Assembly: GCF_009914755.1 (NCBI RefSeq)
Contig: NC_060938.1
Origin: the human T2T-CHM13v2.0 reference genome, Homo sapiens
Strand: one strand, 5' to 3'
DNA: 64,000 bases
In this document: piece after piece, positions 26,811 through 41,810 of the stretch
Numbering within the stretch: the first letter of the stretch is position 1
Layout of the letters: each line of letters starts with the position of its first letter
Program-made: the position numbers and the translations under genes
Notes under the pieces: generated by a model
Databases searched by the model: none
The model's input: only the letters and a program-made list of their open reading frames with translations
What the model was told of the DNA's origin: nothing

Positions 26811-27928
26811 CGGGCATTTAAAAGTAAACGGGAAAAAAATTGAAAATCAAATTGAAACAAGAGTTAAAAAGAAGCTGGGGACTGGTGGAGAGCTAGGCTT
26901 TTGGCTAATATTCTTGTTCAATTTATTGTTTTGGGTAACAATAAATTGGCTGTGGCAGCTTCTCTTCTGACATCATCTAACTGAGTCTTCTTGGTTTATG
27001 CTGGTCTGAAGTGTTCTCATCCCCATCTAATTTTGCAGATGAAATGCAAAGTCGGCTTTTTGATTGCCCTCAAATTGTTTCCTGGCTTGGCATGCTTCTC
27101 ACTCATTAACTGGGGCAGTTTAGGGTGTGGGGAAATATCTCCAAGGGTGAGAAGCACAGTCAAATGCCACGATCCAATGCCCGTTGAATAATTGAGGTAG
27201 GAAGGGGGACACTAGGAAAATGGAAGGAAATTAGTGGTTGGAAAAAAAAAAGTCTTCCTTAACAGAAGATTTTAAGTGTTTTCCCCTTCTTCTGTTCCTC
27301 ATTCCCTCGCCTGAGAACTCCCTTCTCTCATCCTGCTGATTTCCCATATACTCTTTGAGGTGTGGACTCAGGGACTGAGTGCCTGCTGCAATGCTAGTCG
27401 TAACGGGAAAGCCAGATGTCCTGTGCTACGCTTTTATTGAGAATTAATCAATGTTTCTTAGGGGAAGAAAAAAAACCCAGAATGTAGACATGTGATTAAG
27501 TGAACCTAACTGCATGCTGAATTATTGATCTGTTGATTTGTGAAAACTGCCATTGGACAGCAATGTTACACTTTTCATCTAAATGTTTATTTCATTTGAA
27601 ATCTAATGAAGGAGAATTAGACAATGAATATTTACATATATTTTTAGTTCTGCTGGATGATTTCCTTGAAACCTCATTTAAAAAAAAAAAAAAGGCTGTA
27701 TTTGAAGTCATAAGTCCTAGATAAAGGCCCAGTGTTGCTGCTAAGTGTATAACAGGAGATTATTCACTTGCCCTTTCAAAACATGTCTCCATAGTTTTGT
27801 CTGCAAAATCAGGATGATCCTTACCTGCATCACACGAGTCAGTTATGTTGCTCCCTCACTAGGAGGAAATTCACACCCTCCCTCAGGTGAAAAAAAAGTA
27901 CACTGTTTCTTTTTACCCTTTAATCTTC

Positions 27929-28364
27929 TGTATTAATTTGTATTCATGCTTCTGTGAAGAAATACCTGAGACTGGGTAATTTATAAAGGAAAGAGGTTTC
28001 ATTGACTCACGGTTCTGCATGGCTGGGGAGGCCTCAGGAAACTTACAATAATGACAGAAGGGGAAGCAAACAGGTTCTTTCTCACATGGCAGCAGGAAAG
28101 AGACATGCAGAGCAAAGTGGGGTAGATCCCCTTATAAAACCAGCAGATCTCATGAGAACTCACTCACTATCACGAGAACAGCATGGGGGAAGCACCCTGT
28201 GATCTAATCACCTCCCGCGAGGTCCCTCCCCCAACACGTGGGGATTACAATTTGGATTACAATTCAAGATGAGATTTAGGTCCCTCTCCCAACACATGGA
28301 GATTACAACTGGGGTTACAATTCAAGATGAGATTTGGGTGGGGACACAGAGCCAGACCATATCA
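27929..28364 (-). mobile_element. THE1 (C/D-like) solo LTR
   Basis: tgtatta...accatatca with perfect 5-bp TSD tcttc. Confidence 0.92.
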
Positions 28365-29169
28365 TCTTCCAAAGCTGAATTTTTCTAATCAATACGCTTT
28401 AAGAGCCTTGCATATTTCCCCAACAAAGAAAAAGAGCCTCGCTCCATAAAACAGCATACTTAAGCAGCATATCTGGCACATATTTTAATGTTATTTTTTA
28501 TAGAGAATATATAAAGCTTTACTTTTTTGTTTTTAAAGTTTGAGATTTTTTGCATCCTCTTTATTACTTTTTTTTATTTAGATAAAATAAAAAGTGAAAA
28601 TTCCACATTCCTTCTTTTTAAACCTATCTGCTAGATGTGACCACTATGAACAGAGTACTCTATATTTTTGGAATTTTATTTATGCTTATTAGTTTGGGTA
28701 GGTGAATTACTATAAGAAATAGACAAAAATACAGACATGTAACAGCCCTTAGTGAGTGAGGTTTACTGCTTGCTCATGGGAGAGTACTGGATGGATGAGT
28801 GGGAGCACAGAGCAGCCACCTTCAGGCAGTCACTCAGGGCCTCAGGTTGCTGGAGGCACAGCCATCTTCAGCTCTGGAGGGCATCTCCATTCCTAGTGTG
28901 CTGTATTACAAACAGCTTTTCTTTCTTCCAATGTCTCCAGCTTTCTGGCAGCATAGCTAGCCTCCTGCACACTCAGGCCATAATTGCTTAACTCAAAATG
29001 GTGTGATTCAAATTCACCCTCAGAGGCATGCTTGAAGGCATTCAAATTTGAACGCCTCTTTCACCCTTCTCTGATTAGATGTTCTTTTGTACTCACTTCT
29101 GCCCTTCCTTTCTTCCTATCTTTGAATAGGTTTTACTAGTTGCATTTGCTTCTTATGTTACCTCTCTAT

Positions 29170-29483
29170 TTAATGATTGATTGATTGATTGAGACAGAGT
29201 CTTGCTTTTTCGCCCAGGATGGAGTGCAGTGGCACAATCTCAGCTCACTGCAACCTCTGCCTCCTGCGTTCAAGCGATTCTCATGTCTTGGCCTCCCAAA
29301 TAGCTGGAATTACAGACATAAGCCACCACACCCGGCTAATTTTTGCATTTTTAGTAAAAACAGGGTTTCACCACGTTGCCCAGGCTGGTCTTGAACTCCT
29401 GACCTCAACTGATCCACCTGCCTCGGCCTCCCACCTGTCTCGGCCTCCCAAAGTGCTTACAGGCATGCGCCACCACACCCAGC
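29170..29483 (-). mobile_element. AluS with (GATT)n tail
   Basis: Antisense Alu dimer. Confidence 0.9.
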
Positions 29484-30719
29484 TGTTATCTCTCACCATT
29501 TAGCTAAACTACTGGCAGTCTACGACCACTCCACCCCTTCTCTGCTTCAGGAGATACTTTTCAAAAGTCACTTGTGAGCAAGTGGTAAGCTGTTGCCTTA
29601 CCTCAGAAAGCAGCTTCTTTTCCCTGCTGTTTTCTTGTGGGGTCTCTCATTCATCTTTCTCCTTTGTAGCTCTTACATTTCCTTCTAGAAATCTTCTCCT
29701 CCTTCATGTTTCCTTCTCTCTCCTTGCTGCCTCTCCCACATTTCTCCTCTTCCAGCCTCCATGTAAGTTGCCAGCCTCATTTAATCAACTGTTACTAGCA
29801 GCTGCATTTCATTTCCCTTTTATTCTCTACCTTTTCAGCTGACCCAGGTGGGCTGCATTTTCTTTCACTCTGACGTTCTCTTAGACCACTCACTCAGGAC
29901 TACTCGTTCAACGACAGTCTCTTGTGGAGCAATTTTCCAGACTGCAAACCCTGCTCAATTTCCAAACTCCTGCATCTAGTTTACATCTGTTTGTCTCTGG
30001 CAGTAGTTCAAACCCTCCTCCCCCAATGGAAAGCTCTGGCAAGGAGTTTATTGCTCACCCTGGAAAGAGAGAACCACCTCAACAGAGATTGATAGTCTCT
30101 AGAGGGGCAAGGTGGGAAAATTATGAGATTTTGGAGTAGGGTGGCCAACTGTCACACTTTGCCCAAGACAGAGGGAATTCCAAGGATATGGGCTTTGCAT
30201 TTTAAAGCCAGGACAAAAAAATGAAAGATTGTATAAAGAGGATCTTTCCATGCAGGGTCTTGTTTAGGTAAAAATCATGACATAATAGTTTAGGATTAGC
30301 ATAGTGAGGATTTGGAAGTGAGGAGTTCTAAGATCTTGGGGTATAAACTGTTGATGCTTTCTGTTGAAGCATTGATGGTTCTTTGTTTCAAAAACTCTCT
30401 GTAATGAACAATAAAGCAATTTGCCTGGGCAAGAGTCTCCTGGAATTGTAGTTATGTTAATGAGGACAATGGACCAGTAAGGGTATATTATTATAGACAG
30501 TAAGCTGTGTGTTTAGGGAGGAGAGAGGTAGGTGATTTCTGTTCTCAGAGTTAACTCCATCCTCTCTTTTCCAAGGTCTGTTTCATATTCAGTGTCCTTA
30601 GTTGAAATGCCTAGTTGAAAAAACCAGAGAGTTTTTTCTAATTTTGCAAGAATGTCACAACATCTCCAGTCCCAAGTCCCTGATGTCTCTTCTAGCTTTC
30701 ATTGCACTTATGAAAATAA

Positions 30720-31310
30720 CAATAATAAAAGCATTATTTTAGAGCCCTAACTATGTGGAGGCCAAACATAAAATCCCTCATGAATATTATTTAATCCTCA
30801 CAAAAGCCCCACAAAAGAGGTGTTGTTAATTGTTCCTATTTTACAGACAGGAAAACTATGGCTCAAAGAGGCCAAGAAACTTGTCCAAGGTCATATAATC
30901 AGAAGTGGCAGAGCCAAGACTCTATTTCGAGTCCATCTGGGCTATTCAGAAATAAAAAGGAGTGAACTACTAATTCATGTTACAACATGGATGAACCTCA
31001 CAGACATTATGCTAAATGAAAGAAGGCAGACACAAAAGACTGCCTGTTATATGATTCCATTTATATGAAATGTCCAGATAAGGCAAATTTATAAAGAAAG
31101 AAAACTGATCAGTGGTTTCTAGGCATAAAGGAGCAAGTGGAGACTAACTGCAGATGGGCCTATGGTTACTTTTGTCATTGACAGAAATGTTCTAACCTGT
31201 GATGATGGTTTCAAAATCATGTAATGTTACTAAAAATCATTGAACTGTATGCCTACATACAATGTTTGAAGTTTATGGAATGTAAATTCTTTTTCAATAA
31301 AACTTTAAAA
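30720..31310. mobile_element. MIR (30720-30940) followed by an L1M 3' end (30940-31310, +)
   Basis: ctattttacagacaggaaaact...aacttgtccaaggtca; acaacatggatgaacctc...gattccatttatatgaaatg. Confidence 0.7.
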
Positions 31311-32114
31311 ATTACAGAGGTCACATTCTAAGCTTTCTGACTGGTACCACCAATGACTAGATGCTGGTTCTTTTAGGTGCCACTCCTAAGGAGAAATGCT
31401 AAAGGTTTACTGGGTTCTTATATACTTTTCATGTAAGCATAGGGAATGCCTTAAACTCTTTTAGCCAATCAACCTATGTTGAATATGTTTAATTTAACCA
31501 GTGAGAGTTCATTTCTAGCAGTTACTTATTTCTCTAATGCTAACTGTGCATTCTTGATCAGCATTTATATAAACCTAAGTATGTAAGTTACTGACACACA
31601 ATATTGCACTATACATGCAGAAGTGTCTTCGATTGCTGACATGACAAAATAAGCCCAAGTGAACTGTGAAGACTTACCACTTCTGTACATCTGGTATGGC
31701 AATGACAGAGCCTTACTGTCCATCTTGCTGTGCTGTCGTTCATCATAAAATTCCCTCATCCTCCCACTCCAACACTCATTGTCTTGGCCAGAATACTTAT
31801 AAATAATAAAGATATTTGTCTTCAACTCCTCACCAAATCATTGGAGGGATTTTTCTTTTTTCTCTAAATGTAAAAGAAAAAAAATTCTGATACTACAATT
31901 AAGAACAATGTAGCCCATAAATTAAAGTGGACAGAAACCAAGCCAACAATGCAAAAGAGCTGAGCAGCCATTGGGTCCCCGTGAGGAGACAGGAGTAGTT
32001 TGTCATTGATGGGACCCCTGGCAGCTACAGCCCCTGGGGTACCCTGTGGCGTAAATGCATATTTTTCTCATGAACGTTTGTTAAAACTGATTTATGTTGT
32101 TTTGTCTTTGATAA

Positions 32115-32240
<126 letters not shown>

Positions 32241-33197
32241 TAAGTATTAAATCCTCTCCCATCCTACTTTTCTGGGGGGAGGGGGTCAGATTTAATGCTG
32301 TTGTCTCCCAGGAATCTCCCTAGATGATGTGGTCCAGGTTCATTTTAATGGTGTATAGCCTGGGTCGGGGGCAAGGTATCGGGTGAAATGATCCACATTT
32401 TTAAAACCTATTCAAAAGTCAGCACATAATGCTGGAACCAGAGACCTGCTCCAAGAAACAGGAGGGAGAAAATGCTATCATGTATATGTGGTCCTTAAAT
32501 GTAGTATTTCAGAACAAAACAAAACAAAATTCTGAGAGCCAGTTGGTCAATTTTGTTTGAAAATGGGTATCACAACAATATTATTAGAGTGGCTGTTACA
32601 CAGGAAAAAAAACCCACAAAGAGTAAAATACACTTCCATGGGGAGTGGAGGGAAAACAGAAGGGACAACAGTTTCAACCTCCCACTCCAGCACTCAAATG
32701 TCCAGCACTCACTGCTTTGCTTTGAAAACACCTTATGAGCTAACCATAAGCTCCATGAATCCAGGGACCACAACATTTTTTTTCTCTGTTGAATCTTTAC
32801 TGCCTAGTACAGAGTAGGCGCTCAGTACAAATGTGTTCAGTGGATGTGTCTGTATGACCTCAGGCCCCCTGGATACCAGGTGGAAGAGTCCTTTTTCCTA
32901 CTTGCATGCATTATAAAGATTAGAAAACAAAGAGTATGAAGAAGAAAATTGTTAAAAAAAACTTAATCCCAAACCCCAAAATAAGCACTATTAACATTTC
33001 AGTTCATCTTCATCCAGACCTTCAAAACAAACTTATGTTATCATAGATATTTTATGAGATAAGCCCTTAAGGATGAATAGAGGGTATCTTGAACAAGAAT
33101 GGGGAGATAGAAAAGAAATTTAGCTGGATGGAATAGCATGATAAAGACACAAATGTAGGGAACCACGCAGCTTCTTTGGGGAACTAAAAATAGTTGC

Positions 33198-33510
<313 letters not shown>

Positions 33511-34407
33511 TGAAGAGGTGGGTGTGAGAGATGCCAGGGGAATGGAAGACACTGATGGGATATGAAGATGAAAGGATGTCTGGAAAGCCATGAAAGCTTA
33601 TGGGACAAGACAATCACTCTTCTTATGGACTCTGAGTTTCAAATAATACAATAACCCTTTGATGTGATGATCCCCCACTATATGCTCTGTGGGGAACATA
33701 CAGGTTTCTAAGACATTGTCCTTGCCTGTAATCTAGTTGAGGAGATGTGTATGAAATTGAAAAGTGCCTCTCCTACAGAAGAATAATGGAAAGTGACGAA
33801 GGAGAGACATATACAGTGTTTGGGGGTTCAGGTAATTAGAGAAGACATCAGAAAGAAGACCCACAGCATGGTTTTAAGGGACTTGTTTGAGATTTTTGAA
33901 GAATAGAAAGATCTTGATCCAAGTATATGGACCCCACTTGACTCTTGGACCTTTTTCCCTCCTACTGTTCTTCATGAGCACCTATTGCAATTGAACTAGT
34001 TCGTTTACTGTATTTCAAATATACCTTATGGAATCTCACCTCTCTCCTTTGTTATCTGGAATGTCCCTCCCATTTGCTGATTTTGAGACCTCTGGCTCCT
34101 GCTGCCTCTTCAAATCCTATGCCTTCTTCTCTAGAAGGAGTCAAGTCTGAATTTGCCTCAGAAGGAGTATCAATGGATATAGTTTTTCTACCAGAAGACC
34201 TTCTCTAGAGCTTTACTGAGTAGTGTCTAGATCTCACTCTATGCTATGCCAAATTCTCAAAAAAAAAAAAATTCTAATTACATTCAAGTAGCTGCAACAA
34301 ATGTTAAAACAACTAAATCTGGGAGGCATCAGGAGCCTGAGAATTCTTGTATTCATGGTGTTTTATGCATGTCTTTTAATCTTAACATTTTTCTGTAGAT
34401 GATATAA

Positions 34408-34750
<343 letters not shown>

Positions 34751-35278
34751 CTCTGGACATATTTTTTTAAATGGTACTGTTATAATGGTACTCTCAGGTC
34801 ACTGCTGTAGGAAAGATATTCTTGGCAAAATAACAGCATAATATCATGTAGAGCTTGAAAGAGGAAGCTGGCTTAAAGTCATCATATCTTCCTGTCCCAT
34901 CTTCTTCTTAGCCCTTCACTAACAAACACATAATTTTTTCCAATTAAACAAGAAAATCACACACACACACACACGAAAACTGAATTTATATTTCTAGTAA
35001 ACCCACTTGGTTAAAACAATCTCCAGAGCATTCTAAGCCGAGCAGATGTATTGACACCAGTGGACTGGATTAAATTATTATGCCTTGAGGGAATATCATC
35101 TCATCCAACCATCAGAACTTGCCCATAGTTACTCAGATATTTAGGGAAGGTGTTGGGAGTTTGACTACAGGTTGTCTTCAGAACCCATGCTTTCAGCTAT
35201 TACATTATTCTCCTTCCTATGTGTTGATTTTTTTACCTAAATTCTATGCTTTTTTTTCTCTTTTTTTCATTAATTTAG

Positions 35279-35353
35279 TGGCATTTTCAACACTGGACTT
35301 AAAATGTTCCCTGACCTGACCAAAGTTTATTCCACTGATATATTCTTTATACT
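35279..35353 (+). CDS. TSHR: TSHR exon 5 (75 bp), GIFNTGLKMFPDLTKVYSTDIFFIL
   Basis: long T-rich tract, taatttag|TGGCATT...ATACT|gtaagt. Confidence 0.98.
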
Positions 35354-36740
35354 GTAAGTATGCACACATGCCATGTTTGACAATATTTTGTTTGTCACTG
35401 ACAAGAACTAGAATACAGTCATGAGGGTAGGTTGAAGATAAGTAAAGCAATTGTTTCAAGGAGTAAGCAATGATCAGGTGTGACTACACTGGCATGAAGT
35501 AAGGCAAGGACTGAGAAATAACCACTGGCTTTAGCAATGTGGTTTGTTGGTGACTCTGCCAAGAACAGTTCCAGTGGAGTGCTGGTTGGAGTGGGCTCAA
35601 GAGAGACTTGGGTAGACAGAATTAGAAAGAGTTACCATAATTAACTCTTTTGAGAGGTTTTACTATTAAAAGGAGCAGAAAATAGCTCAGTAATTGCAAG
35701 ATATTGAGTCAGGAGAAAAGATTTTGTTTGTGTGTTTTTGTTTTTAAATGGAAGAAATTATGCAATGTTTCTTTGCCAATGGGAATGGTTGAATAGAAGG
35801 AATATTTGATGATAACTATGATACCTTATTTTTCATAGAGTTTTAATAGTTTTTTAAACACTTTCCCACACATGACATTTGCTCCTCTCAGCCACCTTAT
35901 AAGGTGTAAAACAAAGTTACTGCTTTTCCATTTATGAATGAGGAAACTGAGGAATAGAAACCTCAAGTGATTTTGTCTGAGCAGTGTCTCAAGGAACAGT
36001 CAGAAGTGGTACTCAAATTACTGCCTGTGACCTTTGATTGGCACCCATGTGCCCTTTTTCAAAGCTGGTGACATGGGTCAGTTGTCTTACTAATTGTATA
36101 GGAATGAAAGGACGTAAGGCAGAGAGAATTACAAGTTGAGTTTGCATTAAAGAGTCAGCAAAATGTAGAATGATAAGCTTCAAACTCTTGGGGTTTTGCT
36201 AGAAAAAAAAATTGATCATACTTCTTTGTTGCAAAAGAGCTCAGTTCAAAATGTAAGCAATCTTCCAGAAACTAGAATGGCGTAGAAAGGTTCTCCAGGA
36301 GCCTGGCGAAGTTTGGCAAGTGAAGGACATTTTAGAAATACTCATTAAATGAAATCCTTTAATCCTTTTATCCTGACCTTCTTAAAGGTCCATGCATGTA
36401 GAAAACTCTAGTTGTTGTGGACAAAGTGTTGCAGATTCGGGAGAAGCCTCTCAAATCCATCTGCCTACCCCAAGATGAGGATTAAGTCAGGGACCTCCAC
36501 CCACACCTAAAGCTCTCACTTACCCCACATTTGGGCTCCAGGTGCATGTCATCTAGGACAGCTCTCACCACCTCACCAGACCTCTGAGCCACTAGCGGTT
36601 AAGAAGGGTCAGTGAAACTTAAAAAGAAATAAGATTAAGCTATATTGTGTCCTGTTATTTAAGTGCATATGCGCAGCAAGACCCCTGCTGCAGAAGGAAA
36701 GCATTTTTTCATTAAGTGTTTTTGTCCCTCTCTCTTGCAG

Positions 36741-36818
36741 TGAAATTACAGACAACCCTTACATGACGTCAATCCCTGTGAATGCTTTTCAGGGACTATG
36801 CAATGAAACCTTGACACT
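36741..36818 (+). CDS. TSHR: TSHR exon 6 (78 bp), [26 protein letters not shown]
   Basis: tcttgcag|TGAAATT...ACACT|gtgagt; sequon NET. Confidence 0.98.
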
Positions 36819-37033
36819 GTGAGTATTACCAGTTCTACTCCCTCCATCAACTAAATTCTATTTTGAGCCATTTTCATATGTTTACAGACCATCCAAGAGC
36901 CATACTGCCTTATCATATATACTCTATAGAGTACAAAGTGTTTTACACAATTAAATAATAGTATTGTCTTATGGGATGGTACTCTGTAGACTACAAAACA
37001 GTTTAGGTAACAAGACAAGAGGATTCCATTACG

Positions 37034-37228
37034 GCAGTGGTTGGTACATTTTTCACGTGAAGAACCAGTTAGGCATTACAGACCATGCAACCTCTGTAGG
37101 AACTGGTCAACTCTGGCATTGTGTGGCAAAAACCGCAGTACTCAATATATACACTAATGAGCATGTCTGTGTTCCAATAAAACTTTATTTATAGAAAGAG
37201 GCAGTGGACTAGATTTGGCCTGCAGGCC
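37034..37228. mobile_element. MER58A
   Basis: gtgttccaataaaactttattta core. Confidence 0.7.
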
Positions 37229-38872
37229 TTATGGAATAATCATCTGTATCCAAGTGTCCCCATTCTACAGAAGAAGAACTGGGGTTTAAGCAAATTGAAG
37301 TGACTTACCCAAGATCACTGAGTTAAAAAAAAGTGGTGCCACTAAGAACTTTATAAATTCTGCACTCACACTTTTACTCAGTAATCACAAACTGTTATTA
37401 AGCTCCTGTAAGGGGATATTACATAGAAAGCATAGTGCTGCTATAGGTCAGCATTTTTCCAGAGCCTGAATGGGGGCAAAGCCCTTTAGATGGTCAAAAG
37501 TAGATGCTTAATTAGGGATATTCACAAAATGTTCTAAAGGAGAAGATCTAATAGAGGTATAAAGGATAAGTTAATTCTCCAAGCTGGTAGAAAGTTCCTC
37601 TCTCATTGTGTAAGTCACAAAGTAGAGTTGGAGCTACCTCTGCAGGGTCTCCTCTCTATTTTCAGGACCACTGCCCAAGTTCAAGCCTGGTGAAGTTTTT
37701 GTCTGGATTGTCACCCCAGTTTCATTTCTCTGCTCACACTAAAGTTGGGGTGGAGGTCTTTATCAGATACAAACCTGATCAAATTACTCACCAGAAAAAT
37801 GGATCCAAGCTTCATACAGTTCTTCTAAGGGGCTATTTTCTGAGCCATTCCTAGTTTATCAGTTTGGGCCCAATGAAGTTACCTCAACTTCTGAGAGCAA
37901 TGGAGCATTTCAGATGATCCTTCTCATCACAACCTGGTGAGCGGTCCCTTGAAAAGACAAAGGAGGCTCCTTCTCAGTCATAATTTCTTCTTACCATGCA
38001 GAAAAGGCCCAGGCTCTTAGCCTGCTCAGCTCCAAACTTCAAAGCCATTTACTTCCTCAGTAAAGCTTTCCATTGCGCCATATAGTGCTCATCATAAGGA
38101 AACTCCTACCTGCTAAACTTCTTTATAGAATATTACCTCTACCCCTTGACACCATTTCTCTAAAACCCCCATATCTCAAGCACCCCCCTCAAGTGAAAGC
38201 TCATTGTCCCACACCTAGCATAGAGCCCAGCATGTGTTTCTAGAAACATCTGAGTGAGGGAAGCCCATATTTCCTAAAATATAGAGGAGAGGATGGCATG
38301 GATTATTCATGATCTTTTCAGATGATTATTTCTACATTTTGGCAAAAGTCCTTGCTTCTTCGAAGCTCAGGCTCAAAAAACTATCAACTTGAAAAGACAC
38401 ATGTTCCAACAACCGACTTTGTACCTGTATTCCTGGTAGGAGAAAGTTTCAGTCAAAGTTTGTAATTCTTTTGTCTTGCTTCACCATGTTCCCTTTTCAA
38501 GGCCGATTTGTTCATTAAGAATTCTGTTTAATATCTGAAATGCAATTCAAACAAGTATTTTTAATGTCCAGGACTCTCAACAAATTTAGGAAAATTAAAA
38601 TGCCATATGCACAGTTCTCACATCTTCATAAAAGAGTTCTAGTTTAGAAAAAATTTACTTATCCACAGAGTTTTCTCAGCCATTGTGCTTATATTCCTGG
38701 GATATTGCAATCCTCACCCAGGACATGTTAGTAGCTGGAATTAAACTCGCTATGTAATTATTTAAGATGAAACAAAAACAAACACATCAACAATGACAAC
38801 AAAGCCACGAGAATCTTGCTCAGTTTCCCACAACTATATAGGATAAATCCAAGTTTTAGAATTCTCCTTTTA

Positions 38873-39048
<176 letters not shown>

Positions 39049-39499
39049 TAATAAGTGTTCCTCACTTTGTTAAATATATAGTTATTTGATCCTCTCTGCA
39101 ACCTTTTGATTGGGCATTACATTTATGTACTAATTTATCACATTTTTAGAGATAAACTGAGGATAAGACAGGTTGAGAAATTCTCAGGATCATCCAGCTA
39201 TTAAGTGGCAGAGCCAGGTCTAATTCCAAATTTGAACTTTCCTGTGTGCTTCTTATTGTGTTCCCAAGGTTCACATGTGGTAGATTACTGTGGTTTTCAA
39301 GGTTCCCTTACAACTGCCACTAGGAGTTCTCACTAGCAGTGCCTGAGTGTGGTTATAGCTGTCTTCTCTTATCTTCATGCCAATAACCACCAATAACCTC
39401 TTGCATTCCCATATAGCCCAGAGGTCCCAAGGCTGGGGCTCCTTCTCCTGCAGAAAGGGGGGCTGCTTTTGGTAGGTGGAAATAATTATATTTGAGGTT

Positions 39500-39792
39500 G
39501 GCCAGGCACAGTGGCTCACGTCTGTAATCCCAGCACTTTGGGAGACCGAGGCAGGCAGATCACCTGAAGTCAAGAGTTTGAGACCAGCCTGGCCAACATG
39601 GTGAAACCCCCATCTCTACTGAAAAATACAAAAATTAGCCAGACCTGGTGGCAGGCGCCTGTAATCCCAGCTACTCAGGAGGCTGAGGCAGGAGAATTGC
39701 TTGAACCCGGGAGCAGAGGTTGCAGTAAGCAGAGATCACGCCACTGCACTTCAGCCTGGGCAACAGTGCCAGACTCCCTGTCAAAAAAAAAA
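39500..39792 (+). mobile_element. AluS
   Basis: Full dimer, TSD approximately aat(t/c)atatttga. Confidence 0.93.
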
Positions 39793-39980
39793 ATCATATT
39801 TGAAGTCAGGGATCCTAAGTCTCAACAGTCCTAGACCAATGTGTTTTTGGCAAGTCACCCTCATGTCTCAGTAACTTCAATAGGAAATAGAAGTAATAAC
39901 ATTTCAGACTGGCTCCCTGAATCATTAAATGAATTAATTAGTCATAGAAACACAGCAACAAGTTAAAACATTAACATTTC

Positions 39981-40271
39981 CAGCCCAGTGGTTCACACCT
40001 GTAATCCCCAGTGTTTCGGGAGGCTGAGGCAGGCGGATCACTTGAGCCCAGACTAGCCTGGGCAACATGGTGAAACCTCATCTCTACAACAAATACAAAA
40101 ATTAGCCAGGCATGGTGGCACATGCCTATAGTCCCAACTGTTTGAGAGGCTGAGGTGGGAGGATCGCTTAAGCCCAGGGACTCAAGGCTGCAGTGAGCCG
40201 TGATTGAGCCAGTGTACTCCAGCCTGGGTGACAGAGTGAGAGACCCTGTCTCAAAAAAAAAAAAAAAAAAA
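39981..40271 (+). mobile_element. AluJ
   Basis: caaggctgcagtgag and gagaccctgtctc J features. Confidence 0.9.
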
Positions 40272-40643
40272 TCCATAAGAGGACATGGTCTATCTACTTT
40301 CTTAGATTCATCTATGAGGTTTAATTTAATTCAGCCCATAACCCTTAAACATTTAATCTGTGATAAGCTCTGAGGATAAAAAGATGGATAAAATACAAAG
40401 GTGAAATAACATTTAAATATTAATAGAAAAATAAAAACATACGCATTCAGATGAATGTCTTTCAAAATGTTTATCTTAAGAGACTGCAGCTGCTCCTCCA
40501 CTATTGACATTGGGTTAACTATTACCTCAAATCCCTTTTTCTGAATGTATGTGGAATATTCTTTTAAAATCTTCAATGGTAACAAGTTTGTTACTCAAAG
40601 TAAATATGATTCTGAGAAACACCTTAAATTTACTAGGAGCTAA

Positions 40644-40919
<276 letters not shown>

Positions 40920-41133
40920 TAAGTCAAGGGTAGCCATGAAAACTGTCACTTTCCCTTACCCTAAGAACCATCCAATGGGGCAGAATGCTGTTGAGAGATA
41001 GGTTCTACCAGAGCATCTTCCACGCCAGAGTTAGTGTGACCAACATGGAAATGAGGTCAAGGAACTTGGCAGGGGCCCACTTTAGTGGGCGCTTACGTTA
41101 GCTCCAATGGTAAGTTCCAAAGCTTTTCTCCCT

Positions 41134-41134
<1 letters not shown>

Positions 41135-41168
<34 letters not shown>
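41135..41168. repeat. (GT)17 microsatellite, intron 7
   Basis: Read directly. Confidence 0.97.
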
Positions 41169-41172
<4 letters not shown>

Positions 41173-41644
41173 GTTCATCTATTATGTACATGAAGTAAAA
41201 GGATATCTTTAATGAAGCCCAAAGCTGTTCAGAAAATAAGGTGGTTTCTCTTTTAGTCCTTTCTGACATGTTTTTGGGAAAGATGTCAGTTTATATTTGA
41301 TTCACTCAGAAATAGCTAAAAAATCATATCCAACTTTTGCCTTTTCAAAAAATAAATAGTGCTGGGAACAGCTGAAACAGCAAACAATAGACTTTGTGTT
41401 TGATGTGTTTTATAACACTTTTTGAGTATTTCTTTACAAATGATATATTTTTTCTATTTCACCTTTTTCTATTTGTTGTTTTTTTCAAATTTACCTGCTC
41501 ATTTTTGCTAGTGTCTTGTTATGTATTCATTTTTGTAATTATATTATTTGTTTCACTTTAAACATTTCATACATAGTAATTTTATGTTCCAGAAATGATC
41601 CCTGCAAAATCTGAAGGCCTTATGACACAAAATCTGTTGCGTAT

Positions 41645-41810
41645 GGGGCTTCTCAAACCTTCCTGGGCATCAGACCCTCTGAGAGGTCTTATCAAAATAC
41701 ACAGTCTGATTCTGTAGCTCTGGATTTGGCCTCGGGATTCCATATTTCTAACAAACTCCCAGGTGATGCCGACACTGCTGTTCATAGACCACACTTTAAG
41801 TAGCAAGGGT
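41645..41810. mobile_element. MER5A
   Basis: cttctcaaac...catatttctaacaaactcccaggtgatgc...gaccacactttaagtagca. Confidence 0.75.
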
